The notes under the pieces are model-generated. The model saw only the letters and a list, made by a program, of their open reading frames with translations, was not told where the DNA came from and did no database searches. Source: Paraphysomonas bandaiensis (lineage: Eukaryota > Protista > Chrysophyceae). Taken from it: DNA of 64,000 nucleotides. Position numbers and translations under genes: made by a program. Positions 1-12,870 of this stretch are shown here, one piece after another. The stretch spans positions 124,001 to 188,000 of the forward strand of contig CBFFRP010000181.1 in the NCBI GenBank assembly GCA_965644295.1, in the 5' to 3' direction. The stretch's first letter is position 1. Each line of letters opens with the position of its first letter.

Positions 1-1
1 T

Positions 2-706
2 CGCCTCTGTCCTCTCAGCTGGCGGGACACTCTTTCCACTTGTATGTTACTTGTTTGCAAGTTGTGGAACGACAATAAAATCGACAACAGTCGATTTGCA
101 GATATATGTTCTTCTATCAGTCTGTCCGTTATAAATCGCTTGGAAATTTTACTTCTGCAACTATTTAATTACTCGATGTTTGTCTCCGAACTAGACTACT
201 GGAAGGGAATGGACATTATCCAAGAGATGATATTTATTGCTAAGTATAAATCTCTCTCTGAATGTAATCGGAGAAGTAGCTGTTCCGCTCCGGCGAGTAG
301 AACCACTAGTAATGGCAGACTTGAAACGGAGAGTCAGCCGTCTGACTCATCAATCTTAAAGAAGCTGCACGGTTGCACTGTTTCAAGTGAATTACATGTT
401 CACACACCAAGCATACGCCAGAAGCCAGAGGTTTCTGTTTCTAAAAATAATGGTGGTAATAGCAGTGATGCTAGCATTTCGCCGGGACCCTCGCGTCGAA
501 AGACACAGCGGCCCGTTTCCGCAAGAATTTTGAATGCTTTTGTTAGGATGGCACGGGCACTACTACCCCACGGTAAAAGGAATAAGAAGGAATCTACAGT
601 TGCTGTTACCACGAAGAATAATGATAGTAAATATGTGGCTAACACACAGTATGTCCAGACTATAAGTCATGTATCCAGCTCTTCTGGTGAAGAATATGAT
701 GTATAA
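2..706 (+). CDS. Cyclin Y/PHO80-like cyclin, 5'-partial (runs off the window)
   Basis: The open frame from base 2 reads RLCPLSWRDTLSTCMLLVCKLWNDNKIDNSRFADIC...INRLEILLLQLFNYSMFV. This matches the cyclin-box pattern W..(I/L)L..(L)LASKVWDD...N.LE..FL..L.Y and is followed by a low-complexity Ser-rich tail. Confidence 0.8.
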   Translation, partial: RLCPLSWRDTLSTCMLLVCKLWNDNKIDNSRFADICSSISLSVINRLEILLLQLFNYSMFVSELDYWKGMDIIQEMIFIAKYKSLSECNRRSSCSAPASRTTSNGRLETESQPSDSSILKKLHGCTVSSELHVHTPSIRQKPEVSVSKNNGGNSSDASISPGPSRRKTQRPVSARILNAFVRMARALLPHGKRNKKESTVAVTTKNNDSKYVANTQYVQTISHVSSSSGEEYDV

Positions 707-1420
707 TTTATCGGAATGATGTGTAGTGATGTGATTGCGTGTATATTCGAAAGAATGGATTTTACTCTGGTGTTATCTGCGCTGGACCTTTTGAAGCTGT
801 ACTTAGAGTATAGCCTTGTCTCTTTAGATGTTTCATGCTGTGTTTAATGTTGTTGGAGAGACTACAGACATTGAAACATCAGAATCCATTTTAATAATGG
901 AAGTGTGTGCATGTTATAGTTACAAAATATATAGTGATTACTGTTTTTGGTACTTTGTATTGCATCACCCACTGATAAGTTTTCATTTATATGCGAAATG
1001 CGCTCATATACAACCCACATTAGCTATATCTACCATGAATATATGATGACTTCCAGCTTCCTACACGTTTGAGGGATCATGAGTGAGCTGGCTTTAAGTT
1101 TCAAGCGTACAACTTAAAAATTTTCAGCTTGCCTGCAAAATTTAGTTGACATAAATATATTTCCGGGTCTATTAGACACGATCTTATATTACATATATAA
1201 TAATATTACTATTTCAGTTTCGCTACTATTACTCCTATCAGCTCAATAGTTCATGTAACACTGTTCACCATTTCTGCAATCTTCATGTAACGCTCATAAT
1301 ACAAATACCTTAGAACTAATGCTTTTAATTGCTCTCAAACAGCAAAATCAACATGCTGACCAGTAATATTACCAGATCATTATTATTCTAAAAATCGACT
1401 ACTGCTTATTGCCGAGAAAA

Positions 1421-4400
1421 CTATTCGAACAATCTTTCTGCCTTCATTGGAGATGTATCCACTCTATAATTCACTTCCTCTGTGTCCCCTTCAGCGCGGC
1501 GCACATTAGCTGCCCTTGCATACACCTGCTTACCTCCCTCTTCATATGAAGCTGGCGGTGGGATTTCGTACGCATAGTAGGGGGGTTTGAGCAAAATAAT
1601 AAGAGCAGATAAATTGTCCGTGCTTCCCTTCCGAAGGCATTCAGCAAGAAGCGCGTCCGTGGCTTCTGCAGCAGCCTGCTGCAACTCTTCGTCGGAAGCA
1701 TTCTTATACAGCCCTACATACAGTTACAAAGGTAGTTGATATCGTGGACTCAAATACTCCATACACGTATTATGTCACTGCTATCTAATACGACATTAAA
1801 TACGTATTATACCAAGAGTATATATGCTCAGCGATTTCTAAAGCAGTATGTATTGTTCCAATAGTACACGTACCTAACCACGTAGACTCTCCAGACGAAA
1901 ATGCAGAGGGGACGCAGTCCGTGGTGGTACTGTGGGCGCTAATGTACCCCATGCGCACTGCCACAAACTCCACCGCTTCGTCGTTACTCATAACATCCCA
2001 GACGCCATCACAGGCGATCAATATGAACAAGTCTCTACACATTATAAAAGTTGTGACCACATGCAGTGTATATACTATCGCAAATGCTATTGATATAGAA
2101 TGTGATAAAGGCAGAGAGACCAATGCTACCTCTTTGACCGCTGCCTGACGAGGACGTCAGGAACGCATGTGACTCCCTGTTTTTCATCAGGGAGATACAC
2201 AGGTGCCATCCCACGAAGAGCTTCCTCCGTCCGTTCTATCCCACAAGAAGTCAATAAGCGGGTACTGGTACAGGTTGGGCACAATATACCCACTCCATAT
2301 TTCAACAGTATGAACATATAATACTAGATATTGTGGCAAGATAAAGTACATACTTCACCTTCTTCAGGTAGAGAGTTCACATCGATTCCCCACTTCATTT
2401 GGAAATCCCCAATGCTTCTAGATGGCGCAAGACAAGTCTCTTTGAATACAGTAAACGGAGAGTAGATCTTCGGTATTACTCCCTGCGAAGCGACTTCCTG
2501 TGAGTCAGGCAGTGGCACGCTGAAGGCAAAATAGTGACATTTAAACTGAAACTCTGCTCAACTTTACGGTGCCAATATTGTACACATCAGTCAGCGCAGA
2601 AAGCAAACAGCAATAACAATGCACATATACAAGAACAGATTGTGATGCCTACTTGAGATCAGCCGCTTCAATTCTTTTTAGCTCCAAGTCAAGCAGCGCT
2701 GTATGGTCCTCTGACAATTCTTCGGCTAAAGCTCCCCTGGTCTTTGAGGGACTTTCTACACAAATGACTGCTCTTGAGTCTCCTACGTTAGCTATTGATG
2801 GATTAGCAATCAGTAAAACAAATATATAGGTACAAAATACATCATATGCATCAATGTCCCATATAACAACCCGCAAGCAAATTATACACTTGCAGAATCG
2901 AATGAATCATATGTGGGTATTTTATTTACCTATAGCCATTAGTCCAGGTCCTATTAGACATAAGCAAACTGTGGTGCCACTCGTGTCTGCACTACGCAGC
3001 TCATACCGAGACTGAGAACTATCAACGTCAACGCGTTTTTTATTGCTGCATCTTTCGTGAACTGTAACAGTCATTTTCGGGATGGTACTCAGCTCTTGAT
3101 TAGTCCTAGTATAGGCCTCAATAAGAAGGGTCTCTAGCCTCCCCCCAGTAATTGAAACAGGATCGACAGGACAACGCGAAGGAGGAGTGTCCAAGTTGTG
3201 CTCAAGAGAAGGTAACAACAGATCGTCCAGTTCCTATACGCACAGATATCAGATATTGATTAACCCGATACCACAACTTGAAACGAATTCCCAGTATATA
3301 CAAGTGCACATTCAAGCAAAAACACATGTCAATCAAGAATCACCTCTGCTAGTATACGGGGAAGTCTGGAGGCAACATACTCTGAAGCAAATGATCCCCC
3401 ATGTCCATCTAGCACAGCAAAACATGACCACTTATCGGAACATGTAGCGGACAGCGGACACTCCGCAATGATAGCGTCTTCCATAGTTTCCCGCCACCCT
3501 TTGGCATCACTGTGGGCATATACACTCCCATAAAAATCATCAGACTCCTCATCTAAACCAGAAAGAGAATTTGAATCCATATTTCGGGAATTGTGCCCTA
3601 CGAACGCACTTGAAACTAAAGGTGAGTGTGACGTAACTCGGGATCCACGGCGCCTTCCAGAGCGAGCTGTGTAGGGGGTTATAGGCAGAACACTCTTGTC
3701 ACCACGGGAATATAGCAGCTCTATTAACTCGTCTGGAGGTCTGGGACTGGATGGGTTACGAGACGCCCACCCCAAAGGAGTGGTGCCGGTAATATCCACA
3801 GGGGCATTTAGTCCTCGTATAGACGCCTCTCTACATTGAGGCTCATCCACTTTATGAGTAGTACTTCCACAAGGAATTATTGCAGAAGCAGAAGTCATAT
3901 GATGACATAGCATACGGCATGCATCCACCTTATAGTGCTCGGCGGCTAGGTGCAGGGGCAGCCTTCCTTGGACGTCAACAGTCCACGGACAGGCCTTATG
4001 TTCATCATCACCCCAACCTGATCCAGTTAGTAAAACTTCCATAGCAGCTGTATTACCACTTCGCGCAGCAACATGCAAGGGAGTTCCACCATCATGTATA
4101 TACCCACTCATTGATACCACCCGACATGTCCCTAATTCCGGTCGACTAGCCAAGACCTCTACAAACTTTTTTTTACATTCTTCAACACTATCACCAAAAC
4201 TATAACAGTATTTCACCAAATTTCTCTTCGACATAAAATCTTCTGACATTGTACAAAAAGCGTAAGCTGTTTCTTGTGCAGCTTTTATTACTTTAGCTTT
4301 CAGTTCATCAGATGGCTCATCAGATGGTTCATTAGATGGTTTATGAGAGGAGCCATGTGTATGTTTAATGGGTGTAGAGAACTCATGTGTTGACTCGTTT

Positions 4401-4576
4401 ACAGTAGTATTAAGGTTTGACTTATTTGTATTGAGATTGAGTTCAGGACGAGGTGTTGACGGGTGTGAATGGTCTGTACGATGTCTTAATAGTCTTGTAA
4501 GTATATATACAGAGCATGATCCTATCAATACTTTAAAGACAGAAGAAGATAGAAGAATATCTTCTCTTGTATCCAT
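1421..4576 (-). CDS. Ankyrin-repeat + PP2C (PPM) protein phosphatase, copy 1 (intact, about 7 exons)
   Basis: Ankyrin motifs GGTPLHVAA, GRLPLHLAA and GTTPLGWA are present. PP2C motifs occur in order across exons: GWRETMEDA, FAVLDGHGG, SGTT, ANVGDSRAV, DH, LAPSRSIGD, IACDGVWDVMSN, GSTDNLS. Introns are GT-AG, the ATG is at 4576, and there is an N-terminal hydrophobic segment. Confidence 0.9.
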
Positions 4577-4920
4577 TACAATCACTACTTAAGATTAAGG
4601 AGAGATGAGTTGTCAAATTGATATCTCAAGTAATCAATGCATTATGAGTTGAGATGCCTTCAAAATATCATGCAGTGAACCTCATATCTGAATACTTTGA
4701 GTGGGAGAAAGTCAATGAGGAGGACAATGTACAAGAGGCTAAAAAATCGCCCTTTTTCGTTGTTTGAGAATATACATATATTGAATATTGATCATCAAAA
4801 AACAGTATACAGCTAGAAACATGGCCTTTTATTCCTGGTCGACTTTTTCTCACCGACGGAATTGGAGTTATAGCATACCAGATACCAGGCATGTGTACAT
4901 ACTTCAAAGTACGGGTCGTC

Positions 4921-5069
4921 CGTATCGGCAGTCAGCATCTTATTTTTCGGAAATAAATTGAAGCAAATATACTCTATATTACTGCAATATAACTACGGCT
5001 TGAATACACATAATTATTGTCTCAATATTAGAGGCACCTTTGAACAAAAATATACGAAGGATGCCGAAA
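4921..5069 (+). repeat. About 150-bp repeat, inverted copy of 10559-10707 (probable TIR of a DNA element)
   Basis: tatcggcagtcagcatcttattttt...gaaggatgccgaaa is the degenerate reverse complement of tttcggaatccttag...aataagatgcagactgccgata at 10559-10707. Confidence 0.8.
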
Positions 5070-5119
5070 TGTCGTGGTAATTAGCGTTAGATTGATGATA
5101 AATACTGTGCTTTTAACAT

Positions 5120-5666
5120 AATAAAGCCCACACGGGCAATATCACAGCCTCCCAACTAGAAAACGTATTCGGCCACCACATATCCATTGTCATACAACCC
5201 CAGGAGTTCCACCAGCTCGAAAAACTAATAATAAAAATTCTCAGACACGTTACAATGGCGGCATCCGCATGCTTAAGGGCAAAGGAAGGCGCCATATCCA
5301 AGCTCTCACTCCCAGCACACAGACGACAACGCACATTACCGAACCAAGCCAACACGTTCACACCACGCCTAACCCGCCAATACTAAACCTCCTCCAGGTC
5401 TCCTCCACCCCCAGAAATCCTCGAGCCAAACCACGCACTCCCACCACGTACAAAAGACAAACGCTCATCAAATTCCCCACGCGGCCTCAACCACCTACAG
5501 CGCGCTCCTCTCCTCCATACCACACAAATCCGTCTCGCCTCATGACTCCGAAGCGCATTGTCCCCACCTATAGTACAACAGGGATGTTCCCTAAAGGTCG
5601 CCTCCCTGACTAAATGCATTAGCTGGAACAGTTGCACATGGTGATCGCAGCAATGCACAAGTAGTT
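5120..5666 (+). mobile_element. Degenerate 3' end of a probable non-LTR retrotransposon (copy C)
   Basis: Translates as TGNITASQLENVF...LEKLIIKIL...AA and ends PKGRLPD*, homologous to 46918-47516. It is followed by the hairpin GCA-GCAA-TGC-ACAAGTAGTT. Confidence 0.6.
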
Positions 5667-6308
5667 CCGTTGCGCAAACAGATAGAGGGTGATATCGTTT
5701 GTCACAGTAGCACTGACATAAAGAATTTTGTAGATGTGTGTAGATTAACATTATTACTGATGTTGTTATTTATGCACCAATACTGTGGTATAAATTAGCT
5801 TCACTCTATCAGAGTAGTAAAGTGTCAACAAAAGTAATAATCAGACTTTCTTACTAACTCGTCGGAACTCAACTAGAATGATCACATGTGATTAGATAGA
5901 AGCAAGTAACGGTCAATCACGGAAAATGTGAAGCCCCTTTTCCTGCAGGACAAATCTCTATTGCACCCTCTTCGTTGTTATTATCATTTACTTAATTACT
6001 TTCTCAAGTAACACTCGTGCAATGACTTATGATGCCAGTTTGTCGCTCATATCGCTAATTAAGTAAATGAATTACTATGTGAGATAATCCTCTGGATATT
6101 ATAGTCTTTCACCAATCTTCGATTTTTATCCTAAAAATTAGATTTTTCTATAAAATGCCGTTTTTTGACAACTTTTTAGCATGTTTTTTTAATATCAATT
6201 AATTGAAGCGGGCTGGAGTCAATTATAATTGCAATTATGATTTGATGTCCCAATTTCAATTATTGCAATTTTAATAATGAAAATCAATTAATTGATACGA
6301 CGCAGTCC

Positions 6309-6415
6309 TGTTAGTTTCAGGTAGACGTCTATCTAACTTGCCTATATTTCTTTTAGCTACTGAGCTGGTGCTGATTCTTAACACCTATTGCTAATAATTA
6401 GACTTTCAATACTAG
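6309..6415 (+). repeat. Dispersed repeat shared with 47553-47660 and 47905-47950
   Basis: gttagtttcaggtaga...ggtgctgattctttaacacctattgctaataattagactttca versus gttagttacaggtaga...ggtgctgattcttgacacctattgctaataataagactttca. Confidence 0.7.
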
Positions 6416-6759
6416 TCCTTTTTAAACCTACTAAATTTTCCAACCGCCATGTTTAAGTTTATTCGTAGAATCGTATAAATTTTAACTTAGTAAGAATGTC
6501 TACAAAATTTAGTACAAACAAATGGAAAATTTAGTAGACATAAATATATTTCCGGGTCTATTAGTCACGATCTTATCTTACATATATAATAATATTACAA
6601 TTTTCACCATTACTGCAATCTTCATGTAACGGTCATAATACAAATACCTTAGAACTACAGCTCTTAATTGCTCTCAAACAGCAAAATCAACATGCTGACC
6701 AGTGATATTACCAGATCATTATTATTCTAAAAATCGACTACTGCTTATTGCCGAAAAAA

Positions 6760-9700
6760 CTATTCGAACAATCTTTCTGCCTTCATTGGAGATGTATCCA
6801 CTCTAAAATTCACTTCCTCTGTGTCCCCTTCAGCGCGGCGCACATTAGCTGCCCTTGCATACACCTGCTTACCTCCCTCTTCATATGAAGCTGGCGGTGG
6901 GATTTCGTACGCATAGTAGGGGGGTTCGAGTAAAATAATAAGAGCAGATAAATTGTCCGTGCTTCCCTTCCGAAGGCATTCAGCAAGAAGCGCGTCCGTG
7001 GCTTCTGCAGCAGCCTGCTGCAACTCTTCGTCGGAAGCATTCTTATACAGCCCTACATACAGTTACAAAGGTAGTTGATATCGTGGACTCAAATACTCCA
7101 TACACGTATTATATCACTGCTATCTAATACGACATTAAATACGTATTATTACAAGAGTATATATGTTCAGCGAATTTCTAAAGCAGTATGTATTGTTTCA
7201 ATAATACACGTACCTAACCACGTAGACTCTCCAGACGAAAATGCAGAGGGGACGCAGTCCGTGGTGGTACTGTGGGCGCTAATGTACCCCATGCGCACTG
7301 CCACAAACTCCACCGCTTCGTCGTTACTCATAACGTCCCAGACGCCATCACAGGCTATCAATATGAACAAGTCTCTACACATTATTAAAGTTGTGACCAC
7401 ATGCAGTGTATATACTATCGCAAGTGCCATTGATATAGAATGTGATAAGGGCAGAGAAACCAATGCTACCTCTTTGACCGCTGCCTGACGAGGACGTCAG
7501 GAACGCATGTGACTCCCTGTTTTTCATCAGGGAGATACACAGGTGCCATCCCACGAAGAGCTTCCTCCGTCCGTTCTATCCCACAAGAAGTCAATAAGCG
7601 GGTACTGGTACAGGTTGGGCACAATATACCCACTCCATATTTCAACAGTATGAACATATAATACTAGATATTGTGGCAAGATAAAGTACATACTTCACCT
7701 TCTTCAGGTAGAGAGTTCACATCGATTCCCCACTTCATTTGGAAATCCCCAATGCTTCTAGATGGCGCAAGACAAGTCTCTTTGAATACAGTAAACGGAG
7801 AGTAGATCTTCGGTATTACTCCCTGCGAAGCGACTTCCTGTGAGTCAGGCAGTGGCACGCTGAAGGCAAAATAGTGACATTTAAACTGAAACTCTGCTCA
7901 ATTTTACGGTGCCAATATTGTACACATCAGTCAGCGCAGAAAGCAAACAGCAATAACAATGCACATATACAAGAACAGATTGTGATGCCTACTTGAGATT
8001 AGCCGCTTCAATTCTTTTTAGCTCCAAGTCAATTAGCGTTGTATGGTCTTTTTTCTCCTCAACCGACACTGTGTGGTCCTTTGACAATTTTTTGTCCGAA
8101 ACTCCCCTGGTCTCTGAGGAACTTTCTACACAAATGACTGCTTTTGAGTCTCCGAGATTAGCCGCTTCAATTCCTTTTAGCTCCAAGTCAATTACATCTT
8201 TTTTCTCCACAACCGACACTGTGTGGTCCTCTGACAATTTTTTGGCCGAAACTCCCTTGGTCTCTGAGGATTTTTTTTCACAAATGACTGCTCTTGAGTC
8301 TCCTACGTTAGCTATTCATTGATTAGCAACCAGTAAAACAAACATATAGGCACAAAATACATCATATGCATCAATGTCCCATATAACAACCCGCAAGCAA
8401 GAATCGAATGAATCATATGTGGGTATTTTATTTACCTATAGCCATTAGTCCAGGCCCCATTAGACATAAGCAAACTGTGGTGCCACTCGTGTCTGCACTA
8501 CGCAACTCATACCGAGACTGAGAACTATCAATGTCAACGCGTTTTTTATTGCTGCATCTTTCGTGAACTGTAACAGTCATTTTCGGGATGGTACTCAGCT
8601 CTTGATTAGTCCTAGCATAGGCCTTAATAAGAAGGGTCTTCAGCCTCTCAGTAATTGAAACAGGATCGACAGGACAACGCGAAGGAGGAGTGTCCAAGTT
8701 GTGCTCAAGAGAAGGTAACAACAGATCGTCCAGTTCCTATACGCACAGATATCAGATATTGATTAACGCGATACCACAACTTGAAACGAATTCCCAGTAT
8801 ATACAAGTGCATATTCAAGCAAGAACACATGTCAATCAAGAATCACCTCTGCTAGTATACGGGGAAGTCTGGAGGCAACATACTCTGAAGCAAATGATCC
8901 CCCATGTCCATCTAGCACAGCAAAACATGACCACTTATCGGAACATGTAGTGAGCAGCGGACACTCTGCAATGATAGCGTCTTCCATAGTTTCCCGCCAC
9001 CCTTTGGCATCACTGTGGGCATATACACTCCCATAAAAATCATCACACTCCTCATCTAAACCAAAAAGAGAATTTGAATCCATATTTCGGGAATTGTGCC
9101 CTACGAACGCACTTGAAACTAAAGGTGAGTGTGACGAAACTCGGGATCCACGGCGCCTTCCAGAGCGAGCTGTGTAGGGGGTTATAGGCAGAACACTCTT
9201 GTCACCACGGGAATATAGCAGCTCTATTAACTCGTCTGGAGGTCTGGGACTGGATGGGTTACGAGATGCCCACCCCAAAGGAGTGGTGCCGGTAATATCC
9301 ACAGGGGCATATAGACGTCTCTCTACATTGAGGCTCATCTAAGTGTATTCTATCCAATTTTTGATTGATACTTTCACAAGGAATAGTTGCAGAAGCAGAA
9401 GTCATATGGTGACATAGCATACGGCATGCATCCACCTTAAAGTGCTCGGCGGCTAGGTGCAGGGGCAGCCTTCCTTGGACGTCAACTGTCCACGGACAGG
9501 CCTTATGTTCATCACCACCCCAACCTGATCCAGTTAGTAAAACTTCCATAGCAGCTGTATTACCACTTCGCGCAGCAACATGCAAGGGAGTTCCACCATC
9601 ATGTATATACTCACTCATTGATACCACCCGACATGTCCCTAATTCCGGTCGACTGGCCAAAAACTCTACAAACCTTTTTTTATTTTCTTCAACACTATCA

Positions 9701-10029
9701 CCAAAACTATAACAGTATTTCACCAAATTTCTCTTCGACATAAAATCTTCTGACATTGTACAAAAAGCGTAAGCTGTTTCTTGTGCAGCTTTTATTACTT
9801 TAGCTTTCAGTTCATCAGATGGCTCATCAGATGGTTCATTAGATGGTTTAAGAGAGGACCCATGTGTATGTTTAATGGGTGTAGAGAACTCATGTGTTGA
9901 CTCTTTTACAGTAGTAACTGACTCGACTGTATTAGGGTTTGACTTATTTGTATTGAGATTGAGTTCAGGATGAGGTGTTGACGGGTGTGAGAGAGAAGAA
10001 GATAGAGGAATATCTTCTCTTGTATCCAT
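6760..10029 (-). pseudogene. Ankyrin-PP2C copy 2, frameshifted (probable pseudogene or split gene)
   Basis: Direct paralogue of 1421-4576. An 11-nt deletion near 9310 (ttagtcctcgt, present in copy 1) splits the first exon into ORFs 9259-10038 and 8832-9338. The N-terminal hydrophobic segment is deleted and there is an in-frame duplication in the ANVGDSRAV exon. Confidence 0.8.
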
Positions 10030-10954
10030 TACAATCACTACTTAAGATTAAGGAGAGATGAGTTGTCAAATTGATATCTCTAGTAATCAATTCATTATGA
10101 GTTGAGATGCCTTCAAAATATCATGCAGTGAACCTCATATACAGCTATAAGGACACAAGATACACACCACACCACACACACACACAATTGGACTAACATT
10201 TGGACAATTCCGAATCCTTTGGGTGGGAAAAAGTCGATGAGGAGGAAGGCTAATAAATTGCCCATTTTTGTTGTTTGAGAATACAGGATATTGATCAACA
10301 AAAAACAACGTACAGATAGAAACCTGGGATTTTTTCTCTGGTCGACTTTTTTCTGGTGGAGCTTATACAGCAGTGTGAATATCATCATACTTCGTAACAT
10401 CCGAAAAATATAGCCATAAATGTCTACTTTTATGAAAATCTGCGTTTTTTATTCCTAATGGTTAGGATATCTAGTGGTATACAACACATACTGCTGCAGT
10501 GTACTTAAAAATAAAGGTTTTCTAGCTGAGAGACAACTGCAGTACATATACAAGTAAGTTTCGGAATCCTTAGTATATTTTTGTTCCAATATGCCTCTGT
10601 TATTGAGACAACAATTATCTGTATTCCAGCCGTAGTTGTATTGCAGTTATATAGATGAATTTCGCTTCAATATATTTCCGAAAAAATAAGATGCAGACTG
10701 CCGATATGCTACCATATATGTTAGCATAGTTTAATATTGGACAGCATACAAGCAATACTTTGACCTTTGTTCTATACAGCTGCTTTCCACTGACAAGAGA
10801 TAGAGCTCACTCTCATCTCAAGTATCTCTTAGTGAATCACTCCATACAACTGTCTGTATACAGAGATATATCTATATCTACATACATATACATACATCCT
10901 CATATATACATACATACATGCTGTAACTGACACCTGTCGATTGATATTCACACA

Positions 10955-12759
10955 ATGCAGCGCAAAACACGTCAAAGTAAACGTCGTGATCAACGTCGTA
11001 AAGTTGCGTATATGGTATGTGCGTCTGCTGACATTATCCCACTGCTGTATAGACGTATATATATGTATATGAATGTATATATTTGTATATAATATATGTG
11101 TATGTATGTAACACTATTTATTAGGTTAAAAAAGATGCTATTAGTCGTAGTTCGATGACCAATACGGAGCTCATAGAGTTTTGTTCAGCGATATCGAAAA
11201 ACAACATATCTTTCTTCGGCATATCGAAGATGAGTGCGTATACTCTGGAACAATTATTTCATGATCCAGAGAGTGGTGATGAACATACTCTTATGACATA
11301 CTGCAACATGCACGGCCGGGATGTTATTATGTCGGCACTAATTCGAGCTGGATGTGACCCTAGTGTGCATCCATCACACCCAACACGAGCGCAGTGTGAT
11401 GTTAATCGACACTTACTAGATTTACCTACGGGGTACCCTGTGTGGCTAGTTCGTTGGCTGTACGGATTGATTGCAGCGTCTATACAGAATGACTGTAGGG
11501 CATATAGTTGTGTTGTATGTTCTTCAACCACTTCGTTGCTATTGAAATGGCGAATGTGTGAGCATCTCGTATGCTATGACTGCAGCTGGGAAGCCCTTTG
11601 TCGCCCACCCATATCAACCCGCCATTCTCTCCGGTGCCCGCAATGTGACTGCCGCTGCGACGATGGCACCGATGACTTCTACTTGTCCTCAGGAGCAACC
11701 TTCGGGTCTATCTACACCTCCCCGAGATGCAGAAAGCAGGCATCGTACGAGGCATGGTCAGCGCTTCCCGTGACGACTCCAGCGAAATGTCCGAAGCGCC
11801 CACCTATTGCAGCCCTTCCGTTGCACCTCCTTTCACGACGTCTACTTGGAAGTGTACAGAGTCAGCGTACCGACGAGCTACATCGAGCTGCTGTGTCGGG
11901 TGACACATATCGTCTATACTGGCTACTCATTGATGGGGTGCACCTAGATGACACCAATGAATATGGCCAGACAGCCCTTTTTCTTGCTGCAATGACTGGG
12001 CAAGCAGAGAGTGTCAAGTTTCTGTTGTGGGCTGGAGCCAATGTTGATGTGAAGGACAACAGCCAGTGTACAGCAGCCGAGGCAGCTTTTTGTAGGAATC
12101 ACTTATCAGTCATGGACCTTTTGGACTCTATCAATGAAAGCGATAGAAAAGAAAAACATCTCCCGTTGCCCATCACACTTCCACCCGCTGGACCAAGCGT
12201 TACCGTATTGATTCCACCTGGGCCTCACCCTGGCGCTGGGAGCTATCAGATTGATGGATGCTTCAGCGATAGCTTTTTATCCCGGTTGGAATATATGTGG
12301 TCGAAATGTCCTGAAACACCAGCCACTAAACCTTCGTGCTCCTCCAGGTTCTATCTATGCGATTCGAGGGGTGAAATACTCACCGCTTTTTGTGAGGCGT
12401 TGTCAGCAGCCCGAGAAGTGTCTGGCTCTGAAGATGAGTTCGATTTAAGTGGTGTGTTTCCCAACATGAGGTTCCTTTGCTATAGCACATATGGAGGTTC
12501 CCTACCACCTCATGAGGATATATCGCATACGGACCCCTTCACTAATTTGTCATCTACACACACGTTTATTCTCTATTTATCGACGTGTGAATTCGGGGGC
12601 GAAACAGTTCTCTTAGATAGTGTTAAAAAAGATAGTGATTTTAGAATAGCAGTATCCCCTGTTCGAGGACGTTTGCTGTTGTTTCCTCATAGATGTCCCC
12701 ATGAAGGTGCTGGAGTAATTAGTCTTCCAAAACTCTTGTTGCGCGGAGAGGCATATTAA
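10955..12759 (+). CDS. Ankyrin + RING-HC + ankyrin + 2OG-Fe(II) oxygenase (prolyl-4-hydroxylase-like) protein; exon 1 10955-11014, exon 2 11125-12759
   Basis: Exon 1 splices in frame (ATG 10955, gtatgt...ttag). The RING pattern is CVVC-x12-CEH-x2-CYDC-x17-CPQC. Ankyrin motifs are ELHRAA and YGQTALFLAA. The 2OG oxygenase motifs are HED, TFILYL..GGET, PHEG and LLRGE. Confidence 0.85.
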
Positions 12760-12870
12760 GCAAATATTAATAATGTGAATTAGGCAGTATCATTTTGTGA
12801 TGCCTAGCTAAACTAAGTTAGCATGTTAAAGGCTTTAATATTTCGTAGTAGTGAATGTCTTATTATCAGA

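Larger units (their letters stand above)
1135..10393. repeat. Tandem segmental duplication: about 1135-4905 versus about 6525-10393
   Basis: Colinear near-identical sequence starts at aaaatttagt(t/a)gacataaatatatttccgggtc (about 1137 and 6526). The offset is exactly 5340 bp over 2100-2650. Confidence 0.95.
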
